Shown: positions 8,917 to 18,414 of the stretch, in pieces | Numbering within the stretch: position 1 is the first letter of the stretch | Layout of the letters: each line of letters begins with the position of its first letter | IMG/VR virus record: IMGVR_UViG_3300048592_000564 | Location: 8,345 to 72,344 of that record | Strand: one strand, 5' to 3' | Source of the DNA: a virus | DNA length: 64,000 bases | Translations under genes and position numbers: made by a program | Notes under the pieces: model-generated | Databases searched by the model: none | What the model saw: only the letters and a program-made list of their open reading frames with translations | Told to the model about the DNA's origin: nothing

Positions 8917-9851
8917 TTCGGGAACTCCTGTACTCTGAGATCGCCTGGCCACTGTTCGGGATCACCCGACACCCGTCCGCCGATCGGCATTTGCTTATGA
9001 AAACAGCTGACGCCGAAGTACCGGCATTGTTTCACGAGCGCCCGCGCGGCCGACTCGTAACCGTCCGCAAACCGCCCGGCCTTGTGCCCCGGCAGCTGCT
9101 CGCAGCCCACGATCGCCCAGTCGATCCCCGGATCGTCCCGGTCCCGCTCCACCAACGCGGAATCGCTGTGGCACCGCGGACAGACCCACCGGGTACCGTT
9201 CTCGTCGACATCCTCGTCGGACTGCCTCGGGTCAGGCACCAGATCATCCTCCCGGCCCGCGAAATCGCAATGGTTCTCGCACGCGACTTCCCAGAAGTTG
9301 CCCCGCAGATCGTAGGGAGTGTCAACCTGTCCGCCGCCCAGGAAGCAGAGATCCAGCGGCCCCAGGAGCGGCTCGGCGGAAATAAACCGCACGCGGGCAG
9401 GCACGGACAGTAACACGGGCACGCGCTCGTCCGCGAAACACTGGCTCTCGGCCGTGACGCCCAGCCAAACATTCTCGTAGCCGTCGCCCCAGTCCGCGGG
9501 CAAGCAATCCAGCATCCGCTGGTGCCGTTTGGTTAGAACCTGGAACACCAAATTCGGGCAATCGCGAACGACCCTCCAGGCATCGGCACGCCACGAATCC
9601 GCAGCGCCGTGGAACCAGTCCGACCACGAGCAGGTGAACACGAGATCCCGCCTGCCCGCCGCCTCGGCGTCCCGCTGCCATTTGCGCGGCTGGCCCCATG
9701 TTTTCGTCCGAACAACCTGCTCGGGATCGAGACCGTACCGTCGCTGCTCGGCAAACATATAGCACGCCGCGCAGCCAGGCGAGACTCGCGCGCAGCCTCG
9801 CCACGGGTTCCATGTTCTCTTGGTCCAAGAAATCCCCGTTGTAGCACCCAT
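8913..9851 (-). CDS. Phage Gp37/Gp68 (DUF5131) family protein
   Basis: TGISWT..TWNPWRGC..VSPGC..CY, FQVLTKR, NVWLGVT, RFISAEPLLG. Start taken at MGATTG. Confidence 0.85.
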   Translation of the reverse strand: MGATTGISWTKRTWNPWRGCARVSPGCAACYMFAEQRRYGLDPEQVVRTKTWGQPRKWQRDAEAAGRRDLVFTCSWSDWFHGAADSWRADAWRVVRDCPNLVFQVLTKRHQRMLDCLPADWGDGYENVWLGVTAESQCFADERVPVLLSVPARVRFISAEPLLGPLDLCFLGGGQVDTPYDLRGNFWEVACENHCDFAGREDDLVPDPRQSDEDVDENGTRWVCPRCHSDSALVERDRDDPGIDWAIVGCEQLPGHKAGRFADGYESAARALVKQCRYFGVSCFHKQMPIGGRVSGDPEQWPGDLRVQEFPK

Positions 9852-10042
9852 CACTTCGGCTCCCGTAAATTCCCCGCCGGCACGATCCAGACCGTACCGT
9901 CGATCTCGACCCCGTGATTCCGTGGCCGCCCCCTGGAGGACACGACCACACGCCCGACCTTGCCATGCAGGGGCATGAACGCCCGCCACTTGGCCGCGTA
10001 CCAGACCTGGACCACCTGATTGAGTTTCGGGCACGAAATCAT
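9851..10042 (-). CDS. Small hypothetical protein
   Basis: 63 aa, coupled to the DUF5131 gene. Confidence 0.55.
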   Translation of the reverse strand: MISCPKLNQVVQVWYAAKWRAFMPLHGKVGRVVVSSRGRPRNHGVEIDGTVWIVPAGNLREPK

Positions 10043-10065
10043 TTTTTGTGTTGGTTTCCACGGAG

Positions 10066-10094
10066 ATGGTAGCTACACTGCCCACGCAGGACAA
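10066..10094 (-). promoter_or_regulatory. Sigma70-like leftward promoter
   Basis: TTGTCC-17-TACCAT on the minus strand. Confidence 0.5.
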
Positions 10095-10116
10095 CATTTT
10101 CTTTCGGAGGATTCCC

Positions 10117-10326
10117 ATGAGAACCGATTTGAAAGACTACATCCCGCGCCCCGCGACCTGGATTGCGCCCGATGGCCCGGCGGACCACCGGGTAATCCGG
10201 GTCCGGGTCAGCCCCGCCCAACGCCAGACCTTCGACGACGCGGCCGCGCGGGCCGGCAAGACCCTTTCGGGCTGGCTGCGTGATCTCGCGATCGAGGCGG
10301 CCCAGCACCAAGAGGCTGTGGCGTGA
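10117..10326 (+). CDS. Ribbon-helix-helix DNA-binding protein
   Basis: IRVRVSPAQRQTFDDAAARAGKTLSGWLRD RHH pattern. GGAGG RBS. Divergent from the leftward operon. Confidence 0.7.
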   Translation: MRTDLKDYIPRPATWIAPDGPADHRVIRVRVSPAQRQTFDDAAARAGKTLSGWLRDLAIEAAQHQEAVA

Positions 10327-10558
10327 TCCAAATTCTCTTACTCCTTGTCGCCCTCCGGCCGCACCCGCGGCGACAGGCCGCCGACCGTCGGCCACGGTCC
10401 CGAGACCCCGGCTATGATTCGCCGCACCAGGCCGAACCGGCGCGAATGATCGGTCGCTACCCGGCGGGATACGCTTAGCTCTGCCCCGTGGCGGTCGCGT
10501 GCCGGGCGATTGACCACGGGCCGGCGATCCCGAGGAGGGACGTCGACAACAAAATGCG

Positions 10559-10587
10559 CGGCCCCGGCGACCCCGGGGCCGTTTTTC
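10559..10587 (+). terminator. Intrinsic terminator
   Basis: cggccccgg/ccggggccg stem followed by ttttt. Confidence 0.75.
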
Positions 10588-10591
10588 GTTC

Positions 10592-10619
10592 TTGAAACCA
10601 CGCCAGATCCTGCTACCAT
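10592..10619 (+). promoter_or_regulatory. Sigma70-like promoter for the rightward accessory region
   Basis: TTGAAA-16-TACCAT with an extended -10 TG. Confidence 0.5.
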
Positions 10620-10750
10620 TTCGCAACCCCCAGGAACCCCAAGATGAAACTGACCAAGAAAACCGCCAAGCGGATTCACAGCATCAAGGCCGCGCGACAG
10701 GCCCGGAGAGCCAAGCTGCCCCCGATCCTGCCCAGGGCCCGACGACGCCC

Positions 10751-11296
10751 ATGTCCGCCGACGGAACCGAACTCGACCTGCTGAGTCAAATCCAGGACCG
10801 CTTGCGCGAAAAAGTACCGTTTACGGTCCCGCAGTGCTTCCTGTGCGACATGCCGGTCCCGGAAATCTTCCCGCCCAGTGACCCGATTTGCACCATCAGC
10901 GTCGGGGCGTCGAACTTCGACCCCGAGTTGTTCGATGGCGGCGGCTTCAACCAGTTGACCCAGCACACGCCCATCTACGTGACGGTCCTGGTCCGCAGCA
11001 CCCTCGACCACCCGCCCGCGATCGAGACCGCGTTGCTCGATCCCAACCGCGGCCTCCTGATGCGATACAAGCCCAGGATCTTGCGTGCCCTCTTGGCCGA
11101 GTGCGATTCCGCCCAGCACGACCAAGGCCCCACGATCCCGTGGTCACCCGAGTACGAGGGAGAGCCAATCCTCCGCGACTGGATCAAGCCCGTGAGCTGT
11201 TCCCAGCCGACCTACATGCAGACAAGTGACCGCGGGGGCGCGCGATTCCTTGGCATTACCCTGACGTTCCGCTGCTCGTTTGACTGGCGGCTTTGA
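10751..11296 (+). CDS. Hypothetical protein, possibly tail-completion-like
   Basis: About 180 aa alpha/beta pattern ending in GITLTFRCSFDW. Weak resemblance only. Confidence 0.35.
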   Translation: MSADGTELDLLSQIQDRLREKVPFTVPQCFLCDMPVPEIFPPSDPICTISVGASNFDPELFDGGGFNQLTQHTPIYVTVLVRSTLDHPPAIETALLDPNRGLLMRYKPRILRALLAECDSAQHDQGPTIPWSPEYEGEPILRDWIKPVSCSQPTYMQTSDRGGARFLGITLTFRCSFDWRL

Positions 11297-11392
11297 TGCC
11301 GAGAATTCTGAAAAGATTCCTGCTTGAAATCCGATCACTACCTCGCTAACGTGCCTCGTGCTAATTCTGACACGACCCACAGGGAGGTGGCG

Positions 11393-11692
11393 ATGCTCGA
11401 AACCCCGGATGTCCGCTATCGGGTCAACGACAGCGAGGGCAACTATTCCGCCGAGGCCGTGAAAGAGATCGCGTTGCTGCACGGCTGGCCCGACGGCAAA
11501 AACGCGCTCTTCGGCAAGTCGATGCCCAGCGGGGGCATGATCCAGAAGCTCAACGGCATGACGCTCTCGGCCGGAATCGCGTGGCTCGGCCCGATCGCGG
11601 ACGAGCAGGTCGAGATCATGGCCAGCCTGGAGGTCGCGAGCGCGATCCGGTATCTGGTCAAGCACCGTGGCCACAAGATCGCGAGGGCATGA
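11393..11692 (+). CDS. Hypothetical protein
   Basis: GGGAGG RBS. TTGAAA-17-TAACGT promoter-like sequence upstream at 11324. Confidence 0.6.
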   Translation: MLETPDVRYRVNDSEGNYSAEAVKEIALLHGWPDGKNALFGKSMPSGGMIQKLNGMTLSAGIAWLGPIADEQVEIMASLEVASAIRYLVKHRGHKIARA

Positions 11693-12051
11693 TGACTAAG
11701 CGACTCTACGTGGCCGGAGCCTACTCTGGCCCGGACGTGATCTCGGTGATGGGCAACATGCGACGCGGCCTGCAGCTTTCCGCCGAGGCGATGCGGCTTG
11801 GATTCGCGGTCTATAGCCCGTGGTGCGATTGCCTGCTGCACTTCCAGCAAGAGATCCCGCTCGAGACCTGCTACAGGGTCTCGCTCCCGTGGCTGGAGGT
11901 CAGCGATGCCGTGCTGCTGGTCGAGCAGGGAGCCGGGCAATCCCGCGGCACCCAGGCCGAACTGTCCCGAGCACGTGAGCTCGGGATTCCGATTTTCACC
12001 AATACCGGGGACTTGTGCGAATGGGCGCACGGGACCGGGATTTACGACTAG
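11689..12051 (+). CDS. Nucleoside 2-deoxyribosyltransferase-like (DUF4406/DUF1937-like) protein
   Basis: LYVAGAYSG...SP...SDAVLL...SRGTQAEL..ARELGIPIF. Confidence 0.75.
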   Translation: MMTKRLYVAGAYSGPDVISVMGNMRRGLQLSAEAMRLGFAVYSPWCDCLLHFQQEIPLETCYRVSLPWLEVSDAVLLVEQGAGQSRGTQAELSRARELGIPIFTNTGDLCEWAHGTGIYD

Positions 12052-12060
12052 GAGACGGAC

Positions 12061-12579
12061 TTGACACCCGACCAGCTACTTGACCTTCACCGCGTGCTCT
12101 GCGGCAGAGCGCAGACGATCATGGTTTCCAAGAACCGAGACTACCGGGGCGCGGGCGACGATCCGTTCGCGAACTTCCGCGGTTCCGAGTTTCTGGGCGT
12201 TGACCCGATCCTTGGAATCCTGATGCGTTGCATGGACAAGTTCCAGCGGATTCGCAGTTTTGCGAACACTGGCACCCTGGCGGTCAAGAGCGAGTCATTC
12301 GAGGACGCGGTCGTGGACGTGATCAACTACATGGTGCTCGCGGCCGGGATGGCGCAGGAGCGGACTAGGCCCAACGAGACAGCCAACATGGCCTACGAGA
12401 TGGGCGTCCAGATCGGAATTCCTGGATTGTTTGACATCCAGGAAGAGGCGAGGAAGATTCGCGACGAAATCGCCGACGACGTCCCGATCGCCGCCCCCGA
12501 TGAACCGCTCGACGCCAACATCGCGTACCTGAAATCCCTCCCGGAGTCCCAGATCCCCGAGGAACCCCCGGCCACGTAA
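12061..12579 (+). CDS. Nucleotide-modification-associated (DUF1599/Nmad1-like, MazG-related) protein
   Basis: KNRDY..DDPFANF...RCMDKFQRI...ESFEDAVVDVINY. Confidence 0.7.
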   Translation: MTPDQLLDLHRVLCGRAQTIMVSKNRDYRGAGDDPFANFRGSEFLGVDPILGILMRCMDKFQRIRSFANTGTLAVKSESFEDAVVDVINYMVLAAGMAQERTRPNETANMAYEMGVQIGIPGLFDIQEEARKIRDEIADDVPIAAPDEPLDANIAYLKSLPESQIPEEPPAT

Positions 12580-12588
12580 GGACGCACT

Positions 12589-12885
12589 GTGCCGAAACGA
12601 ACCCACCAACACGTCACCCCGGCCCCAAGCCCCAGCGAACGCGAGATCGGCGCCGAGGTCCGGGTAACATGGCTTGATCATGCCTGCGTGGCCGAGTGGC
12701 ACGACTCAGCGGAACGCGAATATGCCCTCCGGACGTTCCACACCTACGGGACCGTGATCGAATCCCACGACGACCGACTCGTGGTCGCCAGCACGATCGG
12801 GGACGGGTGCGTGGGCGACGTGAACATTATCGGGCGAGCGATGATTACGGAAATTCACATCCTTGGCGACGGAGCAGCCACATGA
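12589..12885 (+). CDS. Hypothetical protein
   Basis: VRVTWLDH...TYGTVI..LVVAST pattern of small phage proteins. Confidence 0.55.
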   Translation: MPKRTHQHVTPAPSPSEREIGAEVRVTWLDHACVAEWHDSAEREYALRTFHTYGTVIESHDDRLVVASTIGDGCVGDVNIIGRAMITEIHILGDGAAT

Positions 12886-13163
12886 CCTCACTCCTGGAAC
12901 GTGTCACCACCACGCCAGCCCGCGCCCTTGGGGCACCCGACTGGTTCAAGGCCATGAGCGCCGCCGACCAGCAGGACATCCGAGACCTCTTGGCCGTTCG
13001 GCTGCGCGACGACGGGACTGTCCGGCACTCGTTTCAGCAGCTGGCCGAGATCGTGATTGAGCACTACGGGCTAGCGGTCAAACCCAACAGCGTCCGGATG
13101 CGATTGGCCGAAATCACCCGCGAGATTCAGCAATGCCCAAGAAAAGCCTCCAAGAAAAAGTAG
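12882..13163 (+). CDS. Hypothetical, possibly HTH, protein
   Basis: ATGA-coupled, helical. Confidence 0.5.
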   Translation: MTSLLERVTTTPARALGAPDWFKAMSAADQQDIRDLLAVRLRDDGTVRHSFQQLAEIVIEHYGLAVKPNSVRMRLAEITREIQQCPRKASKKK

Positions 13164-14119
13164 CCTCGACCCCGACGGCCGGTCAACGCGAGGTCCAGGG
13201 CCTGAAGGAGCAATTGCGCGAGGCCCACCGGCTGATCGAGCAGCAGGCCGAGCGGATCGAGCGAATGGGTCGACCGGGCGTCAAGATCCCAGCCGGGAAA
13301 GCGCCCCGGCGACACAAAGGGTCCTATCTCCGGGTCGTGGTCCCCGATACCCACGGGAGCCAGTGTGACCCGCGGGCCGTCGCGGCATTCTTGGCCGACC
13401 TGGAGCACCTCCAGCCCCGCGAGATCGTACTCTTGGGCGACCACCTGGACTGCGGCGGGTTCTTGGCCGAGCATCACACGTGGGGCTACGTGGCCGAGAC
13501 CGACTACACGTTCGAGGACGACATCCGAGCCGCAAACGACTTCCTGGATCGAATCCAGGCCACGAAGTCCAATCCCACGATCCACTACTGTGAGGGCAAC
13601 CACGAACGACGAATTGTTGCGTTTGGGATCACGCAGTCGCTGAAAATGCGGAGCGACCGCAAGTTTATTCTGCAAAAGTGGATCGAGATGTTTGCCCCCA
13701 TGAGCGTGCTCAACATCGAGAAGCGAGGAATTCATTACTACCAACAGGGCGAGTTCTACAGCGAGAACGCGATCCCGGCCACGATCACGCTCGGGCAGGA
13801 GATGCTGACCCACGGGAGTTTCTGTGGTCGCCATTCCGCCAAGCAGCACGTCCAGGAGTTCGCCGCCAATGTGACGTTCGGACACACGCACCGCGCGCAG
13901 TCCTACATCACCAGGACCGCAACCGGCAAGACGATCGTGGGCCAGAGCCACGGGTGCCTGTCCAGGCTCCAGCCGCTCTGGCAGCACACGAGCCCGACCG
14001 GCTGGTCACACGGCTACGGGATCCGGCTGGTTCATCCCAGCGGGGAATTCCTGCCCTTCCATGTCCCGATCGTCGACGGACGATCACTACTCGTTGATCT
14101 CGCGGACCGGCTGAGGTAG
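13133..14119 (+). CDS. Calcineurin-like metallophosphoesterase
   Basis: PDTHG, LGDHLD, EGNHE, THG, GHTHR motifs. Confidence 0.9.
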   Translation: MPKKSLQEKVASTPTAGQREVQGLKEQLREAHRLIEQQAERIERMGRPGVKIPAGKAPRRHKGSYLRVVVPDTHGSQCDPRAVAAFLADLEHLQPREIVLLGDHLDCGGFLAEHHTWGYVAETDYTFEDDIRAANDFLDRIQATKSNPTIHYCEGNHERRIVAFGITQSLKMRSDRKFILQKWIEMFAPMSVLNIEKRGIHYYQQGEFYSENAIPATITLGQEMLTHGSFCGRHSAKQHVQEFAANVTFGHTHRAQSYITRTATGKTIVGQSHGCLSRLQPLWQHTSPTGWSHGYGIRLVHPSGEFLPFHVPIVDGRSLLVDLADRLR

Positions 14120-14444
14120 GAGTTTTAACCTAGCATTGTCGAATGTGCGTAAACAGTGTGATATGTAGCCATAGGGAACATGTTTTAGTAACCCGGCAGA
14201 TCGCGGTATTGCAAATGATTCTCTCCCACAAGATCCAGCTCGATCCGACAATGAAACAGCGGGGCTATTTTGCCCGCGCAGCCGGCACGTCGCATGTCGT
14301 GCCCGACAAGGGACCGGAGATCAGGACGCCGTTGACTTGGCAGGAGTGGGACGCGCTCAAGCGTGCCGTCCGGGCCATGCGGGCACATGAAAAACAGGTT
14401 GACGATCAAGCCTGAGCGACAATGCTTTGCCAAGGAGTAACGCA

Positions 14445-15056
14445 ATGAAACACGCATGGACGCTTGCCTGCCTGCTATTCGCCACGACGGCCTGCGCGGA
14501 CTGGCCCCAGGTCGTGAGCGCGACGGCCCGAATCACCACCCCGGGCACCGGCACCGCGGTCGTGTACCGGGTGGACGATGATTCGATTTGGCTCTTGACC
14601 GCCGGCCACTGCACGGCCCACACGGATACCGTCCAGGTCGAGTTCTTTCGTGACGGCCGCCCGCTGCCGCTCGTGCGCGGCCAGGTCGTGCTGGCCATCA
14701 ATGAGTCACGGGAGCGGGACGTCGGGATCGTGAAAGTCGCCGCGAAGGACCTCGGTCACTACCGCCCGCCCGCAATTCCCCTCGGGGACCCTGAGCGGGA
14801 TCCCGCACTGGGCCAGCAGGTCGTGAGTTGCGGCTGCTCGGACGGCGCGTGGCCGACGCTGTTCCTGGGCCACGTCGATGAAATCGAAAGCCCCCGGATG
14901 TTCAACGTCACCCCGTCGGTGCGCCCGGGCCGCAGTGGCTCCGGGGTATTCGACCACACGGGAGAAAGAATCCTGGGCATCCTGACCCGCGAGAGCGGCG
15001 GGACCGTGGGATTGCGACAGATCAAGGCCCTGGCGGGCCGCTGGACCTGGAGGTGA
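14445..15056 (+). CDS. Secreted trypsin-like serine protease
   Basis: Signal peptide. TAGHC (His), DVG (Asp) and GRSGSG (Ser) form the catalytic triad. Confidence 0.85.
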   Translation: MKHAWTLACLLFATTACADWPQVVSATARITTPGTGTAVVYRVDDDSIWLLTAGHCTAHTDTVQVEFFRDGRPLPLVRGQVVLAINESRERDVGIVKVAAKDLGHYRPPAIPLGDPERDPALGQQVVSCGCSDGAWPTLFLGHVDEIESPRMFNVTPSVRPGRSGSGVFDHTGERILGILTRESGGTVGLRQIKALAGRWTWR

Positions 15057-15057
15057 C

Positions 15058-15486
15058 ATGATCGCGAAATCGAAACACGCCCGAGCGCTCGCGATTGAGT
15101 ATCGCGATGCACGCAGGCTGGTGGCATCAATGCGACAGACCAATCGCGAACTCGCGGCCAAACAGCGAGAACTCGCGATTGCCAAGCGGGACCTTGAATC
15201 CGCAAGGACAACAATCCGCGATGCCCTGCCGGTCTATGTCCGCGCCCAGGAAATGGAACGCCACCACTTCGGTCAGCAGTTCGTGCTGTCGGTCGCGTTC
15301 AACCCCCATTGCATCTGGCGGGCAAGTTTTGACGTAAACCTTCATCGCCACGGTGGCGACGTGTACGAACTCGACAGCCATGCCCGCTGGGTCGCCCAAG
15401 ATGCCGCCGAGAAAATCCACCACACCATCATGGACGAGATCCGCAAGCAAACCGGAATCCCTGGAGGACCCTATGGCCGCTTCTGA
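15058..15486 (+). CDS. Hypothetical coiled-coil protein
   Basis: GGAGG RBS, 142 aa. Confidence 0.55.
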   Translation: MIAKSKHARALAIEYRDARRLVASMRQTNRELAAKQRELAIAKRDLESARTTIRDALPVYVRAQEMERHHFGQQFVLSVAFNPHCIWRASFDVNLHRHGGDVYELDSHARWVAQDAAEKIHHTIMDEIRKQTGIPGGPYGRF

Positions 15487-15826
15487 CCTCTGGCTCTACC
15501 GAGCCGACACCGACCTCCTGCGACCCGTCCGGGTCCACTGCCCCGACGGCCGCTACCCGGCCCACGACGCCGACGGCAAGATCGTGTACGAGAACACGCA
15601 CTTTGATTCCGAGCGAGATGCCTGGGAATGCTTGTTCCGCAACGCCCAGGCCGGGGTGAGCCTCGCGGGCGGGCGCGTCAAAGAAGCCCGCCAGCGGGTC
15701 CTGGAGGCCAACCAGTACGCGGCCGACATGGCGGTCGAGTTCGAGACCGTGCGGGACGGATGCAGGGACTTCGCACGGGCACAGGAGAGCATGGACATCC
15801 CCACGGAGGAATTGTGCGATGAGTGA
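15473..15826 (+). CDS. Hypothetical protein
   Basis: GGAGG RBS, overlaps both neighbours. Confidence 0.55.
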   Translation: MAASDLWLYRADTDLLRPVRVHCPDGRYPAHDADGKIVYENTHFDSERDAWECLFRNAQAGVSLAGGRVKEARQRVLEANQYAADMAVEFETVRDGCRDFARAQESMDIPTEELCDE

Positions 15827-17282
15827 GCGTCGAGTGGTCCAGGCCGGATTCAGTGGTGCGGTCGGGGGTGCGGGAACGGAAGCGTTCGAGACCGCCCGAT
15901 TCTTCATTTCCCGAGGGCTAGAGGTCCACATGGTGCCGACCTGGGAATCGCCCGACCCGGTGCGCCGCCAAGAGGTCGAGCAGCTGGGCGTCACGGTCCA
16001 CTGCATCAAGCCCGCGGGGGTCGGGGACCTGTTACGCGAACTCGGGGGCCCGCCGGTGGTCTCGTTTTGCAACCCCGGCTTTCTGACGCACTACCGCCGC
16101 TTCAAGGAGCACAGCCCGACCGTCTGGGTGAACTGCATGACCTCGATCTCAGGCGAGGAACGGGCCGCGTGGAAGAAAAACGGGCTCCCGGCCGCGTTCG
16201 TGTTCCAGAGCGAATTCCAGCGGCGGCTCCTGGAGCTACGGCTCCAGCGTCACCAGTACCGCCAGGAGCTCGGGCACCTGATCCGCGGGGCGTTCTGCTT
16301 CGACACCTGGGACTTCGACCCGCTGGCCCGCGTCGAGGGCGAGCCGTTCGTGGTCGGACGCGCGGCCCGGCCCGACCCGTCGAAGTGGTCGAGCAATACC
16401 CTGGAGGCACTCGACCCCGTGCCGAACGTCCGGGCGCTATTCCTCGGCGCCGACGAGCGGGTCCGCCGACAACTCGGGCGGCGACGCTGGGCCGACATGC
16501 TCGCGCCGGGAGCCGTGCAGGCAAAGTCCTACTACAAGCGGCTCCACGCGATGATCTGCTATAACAGCACCGCCAAGGAGAACTGGCCCCGGGTCGGGTT
16601 GGAAGCGATGGCGACCGGGGTCCCGCTCGTGGTCGACGGCCACTGGGGCTGGACCGAGATGGTGCGCCACGGCGAAACCGGGTTCTTGGCCCAGCGGACA
16701 TCCGAATTCACCGAGTACCTCCGCATCCTGGAGGCCGACGAGGCCCTGCGGCACCGGATCGCCCAGCAGGCCCGGCACTCCCTGGAGACGGAACTCGCGA
16801 ACCCAGACGCGATCTGGGGCGGCTGGTGCGGGATCTGGCGCGCCATCGGGGCCGAGCACTTGTGCGACGTCACGGGACCGTCGCCGCTTGCCCCCTCGAT
16901 CGAGAACGTGCGGGACCTGCTGGCCGCCCAGCGATCCGACGACGAGGCGCTCATGGGCAACGCCCGTGCGATCCTGGGCGTCACGGAACCGCCCGGCCAG
17001 CAGTTTATCGCCAGCAAGAACATCGAACTGGGCCATCCGGTCTGCTGGCAAGACGGGATGATTTTAGGATATCCGGTGGTCACCGACCGCTCGATGGAAC
17101 CGCTCAACCCTGGCGATTTCATGCTAGCCCGACCCGGCCAGCCAAGTGCATTCCGATTCGACGCCAAGGAACTGCAGCCCAAGGACTCCCACGAGGCGAC
17201 GGAGGACACACGGGAACAACTTTCCTGGACACCCGAGACCCCCGACCTACAATCCCGGCAAACCCCCGAGGAGGAATCATGA
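15819..17282 (+). CDS. GT4-family glycosyltransferase with a C-terminal extension
   Basis: GGAGTE N-terminal loop. KENWPRVGLEAMATGVPLV...EMVRHGETGFL. Confidence 0.9.
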   Translation: MSERRVVQAGFSGAVGGAGTEAFETARFFISRGLEVHMVPTWESPDPVRRQEVEQLGVTVHCIKPAGVGDLLRELGGPPVVSFCNPGFLTHYRRFKEHSPTVWVNCMTSISGEERAAWKKNGLPAAFVFQSEFQRRLLELRLQRHQYRQELGHLIRGAFCFDTWDFDPLARVEGEPFVVGRAARPDPSKWSSNTLEALDPVPNVRALFLGADERVRRQLGRRRWADMLAPGAVQAKSYYKRLHAMICYNSTAKENWPRVGLEAMATGVPLVVDGHWGWTEMVRHGETGFLAQRTSEFTEYLRILEADEALRHRIAQQARHSLETELANPDAIWGGWCGIWRAIGAEHLCDVTGPSPLAPSIENVRDLLAAQRSDDEALMGNARAILGVTEPPGQQFIASKNIELGHPVCWQDGMILGYPVVTDRSMEPLNPGDFMLARPGQPSAFRFDAKELQPKDSHEATEDTREQLSWTPETPDLQSRQTPEEES

Positions 17283-17761
17283 CAGGCCAGATCCCCATTG
17301 TGCAACTCAACGTCGAGTCCATGCGACACACGATGCAGCAGGCATTCAGCCAGCACCTGCTCGACATGGACAAGATGTTCCAGCACGCGATCGAGCAAGC
17401 GTGCCGGCCTGAAAACGTCCAGGCGGTCCTCCAGGATGCGGCCGAGCGGTTTCTCCGCGAGGCGGTTGACCAAGATGTCCGGGGCTTCTTCGCCCACGGG
17501 CCGGGCCGCGAGGAGGTGCGCCAGATGGTTGCCCGCGCGCTGACGCGCCACCAGGGGCCCACGGCCGAACAACTCCGTTATCTCGTCAAGTGCTTCGCCG
17601 ACGACCAGGAGGTCGCGGAGGCGCTCGACCGATTCGACGCCTACGAGCGTGGCGAAGCGGATCCCGAGCACCGGCCCGACATGGGACCTGAACTCGACCC
17701 CTGCGCGACCCCGACGGACCACGGGGCCGCCTATCTGGCAACCAAACAGGAGACCCGATGA
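17279..17761 (+). CDS. Hypothetical protein
   Basis: GAGGAG RBS, ATGA-coupled. Confidence 0.55.
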   Translation: MTGQIPIVQLNVESMRHTMQQAFSQHLLDMDKMFQHAIEQACRPENVQAVLQDAAERFLREAVDQDVRGFFAHGPGREEVRQMVARALTRHQGPTAEQLRYLVKCFADDQEVAEALDRFDAYERGEADPEHRPDMGPELDPCATPTDHGAAYLATKQETR

Positions 17762-18414
17762 ACACTTTCGACGCCCGAGCGATGCACCAAACGATCGGCC
17801 ACGACCACGGGATCGTGATCGAGGCCGGAAGCAATGAATTCGACGACACCGCCGGGTTCGTGGCCGAGATGCCGCTCGCCACGTTTCACTGCTTCGAGTG
17901 CGACCCCAGGGCGATCGCGAAGGCGAAAGCGAAGAACCTCCCCGCGAACGTCCACCTCTACGAGGTCGCGCTCTCGGACCAGGTCGGGACCCACGAGTTC
18001 CACCAGAGCGACGGCCAGCCGGACGGCGACTACTGGCGGGGCTACGGGAACCACTGGGACAAGAGCGGAAGTTTGCTCCCGAACGACCGCCACACCAAAT
18101 ACACGAACTGGATGTCGTTCCTGCCCCCGATCGTGGTCCCGACCACGACCCTGGACCACTGGGCGACCGAGTACCTCGCGCCCGACGCGGTCGTGGACCT
18201 GATTTGGGCTGACCTCCAGGGCTCGGAAGCCATGATGCTCCGCGGCGGCCAGCAGTTGATCAAGCGGCTCCGCTACCTGATCGCCGAATGCGACCCGCGG
18301 CCGTTATACAAAGGCATGGCCCGCCTCCAGGACCTCGACGCCCTGCTGCCGGGCTTTACCCGCGTGGCCGAGTACCGGGGATTCAATCACCTTTGGCGGA
18401 ACGACGCACTATGA
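17758..18414 (+). CDS. FkbM-family SAM methyltransferase
   Basis: IEAGS, FECDP, ALSD, TLD..DLIWADLQGSE. Confidence 0.85.
   Translation: MNTFDARAMHQTIGHDHGIVIEAGSNEFDDTAGFVAEMPLATFHCFECDPRAIAKAKAKNLPANVHLYEVALSDQVGTHEFHQSDGQPDGDYWRGYGNHWDKSGSLLPNDRHTKYTNWMSFLPPIVVPTTTLDHWATEYLAPDAVVDLIWADLQGSEAMMLRGGQQLIKRLRYLIAECDPRPLYKGMARLQDLDALLPGFTRVAEYRGFNHLWRNDAL

Noticed and set aside
10340-10401. Third tRNA-like gene (minus strand also reads GGGACCGTGG)
   Set aside because: No T-arm or matching 3' acceptor strand, and the plus strand holds a plausible coupled small ORF.
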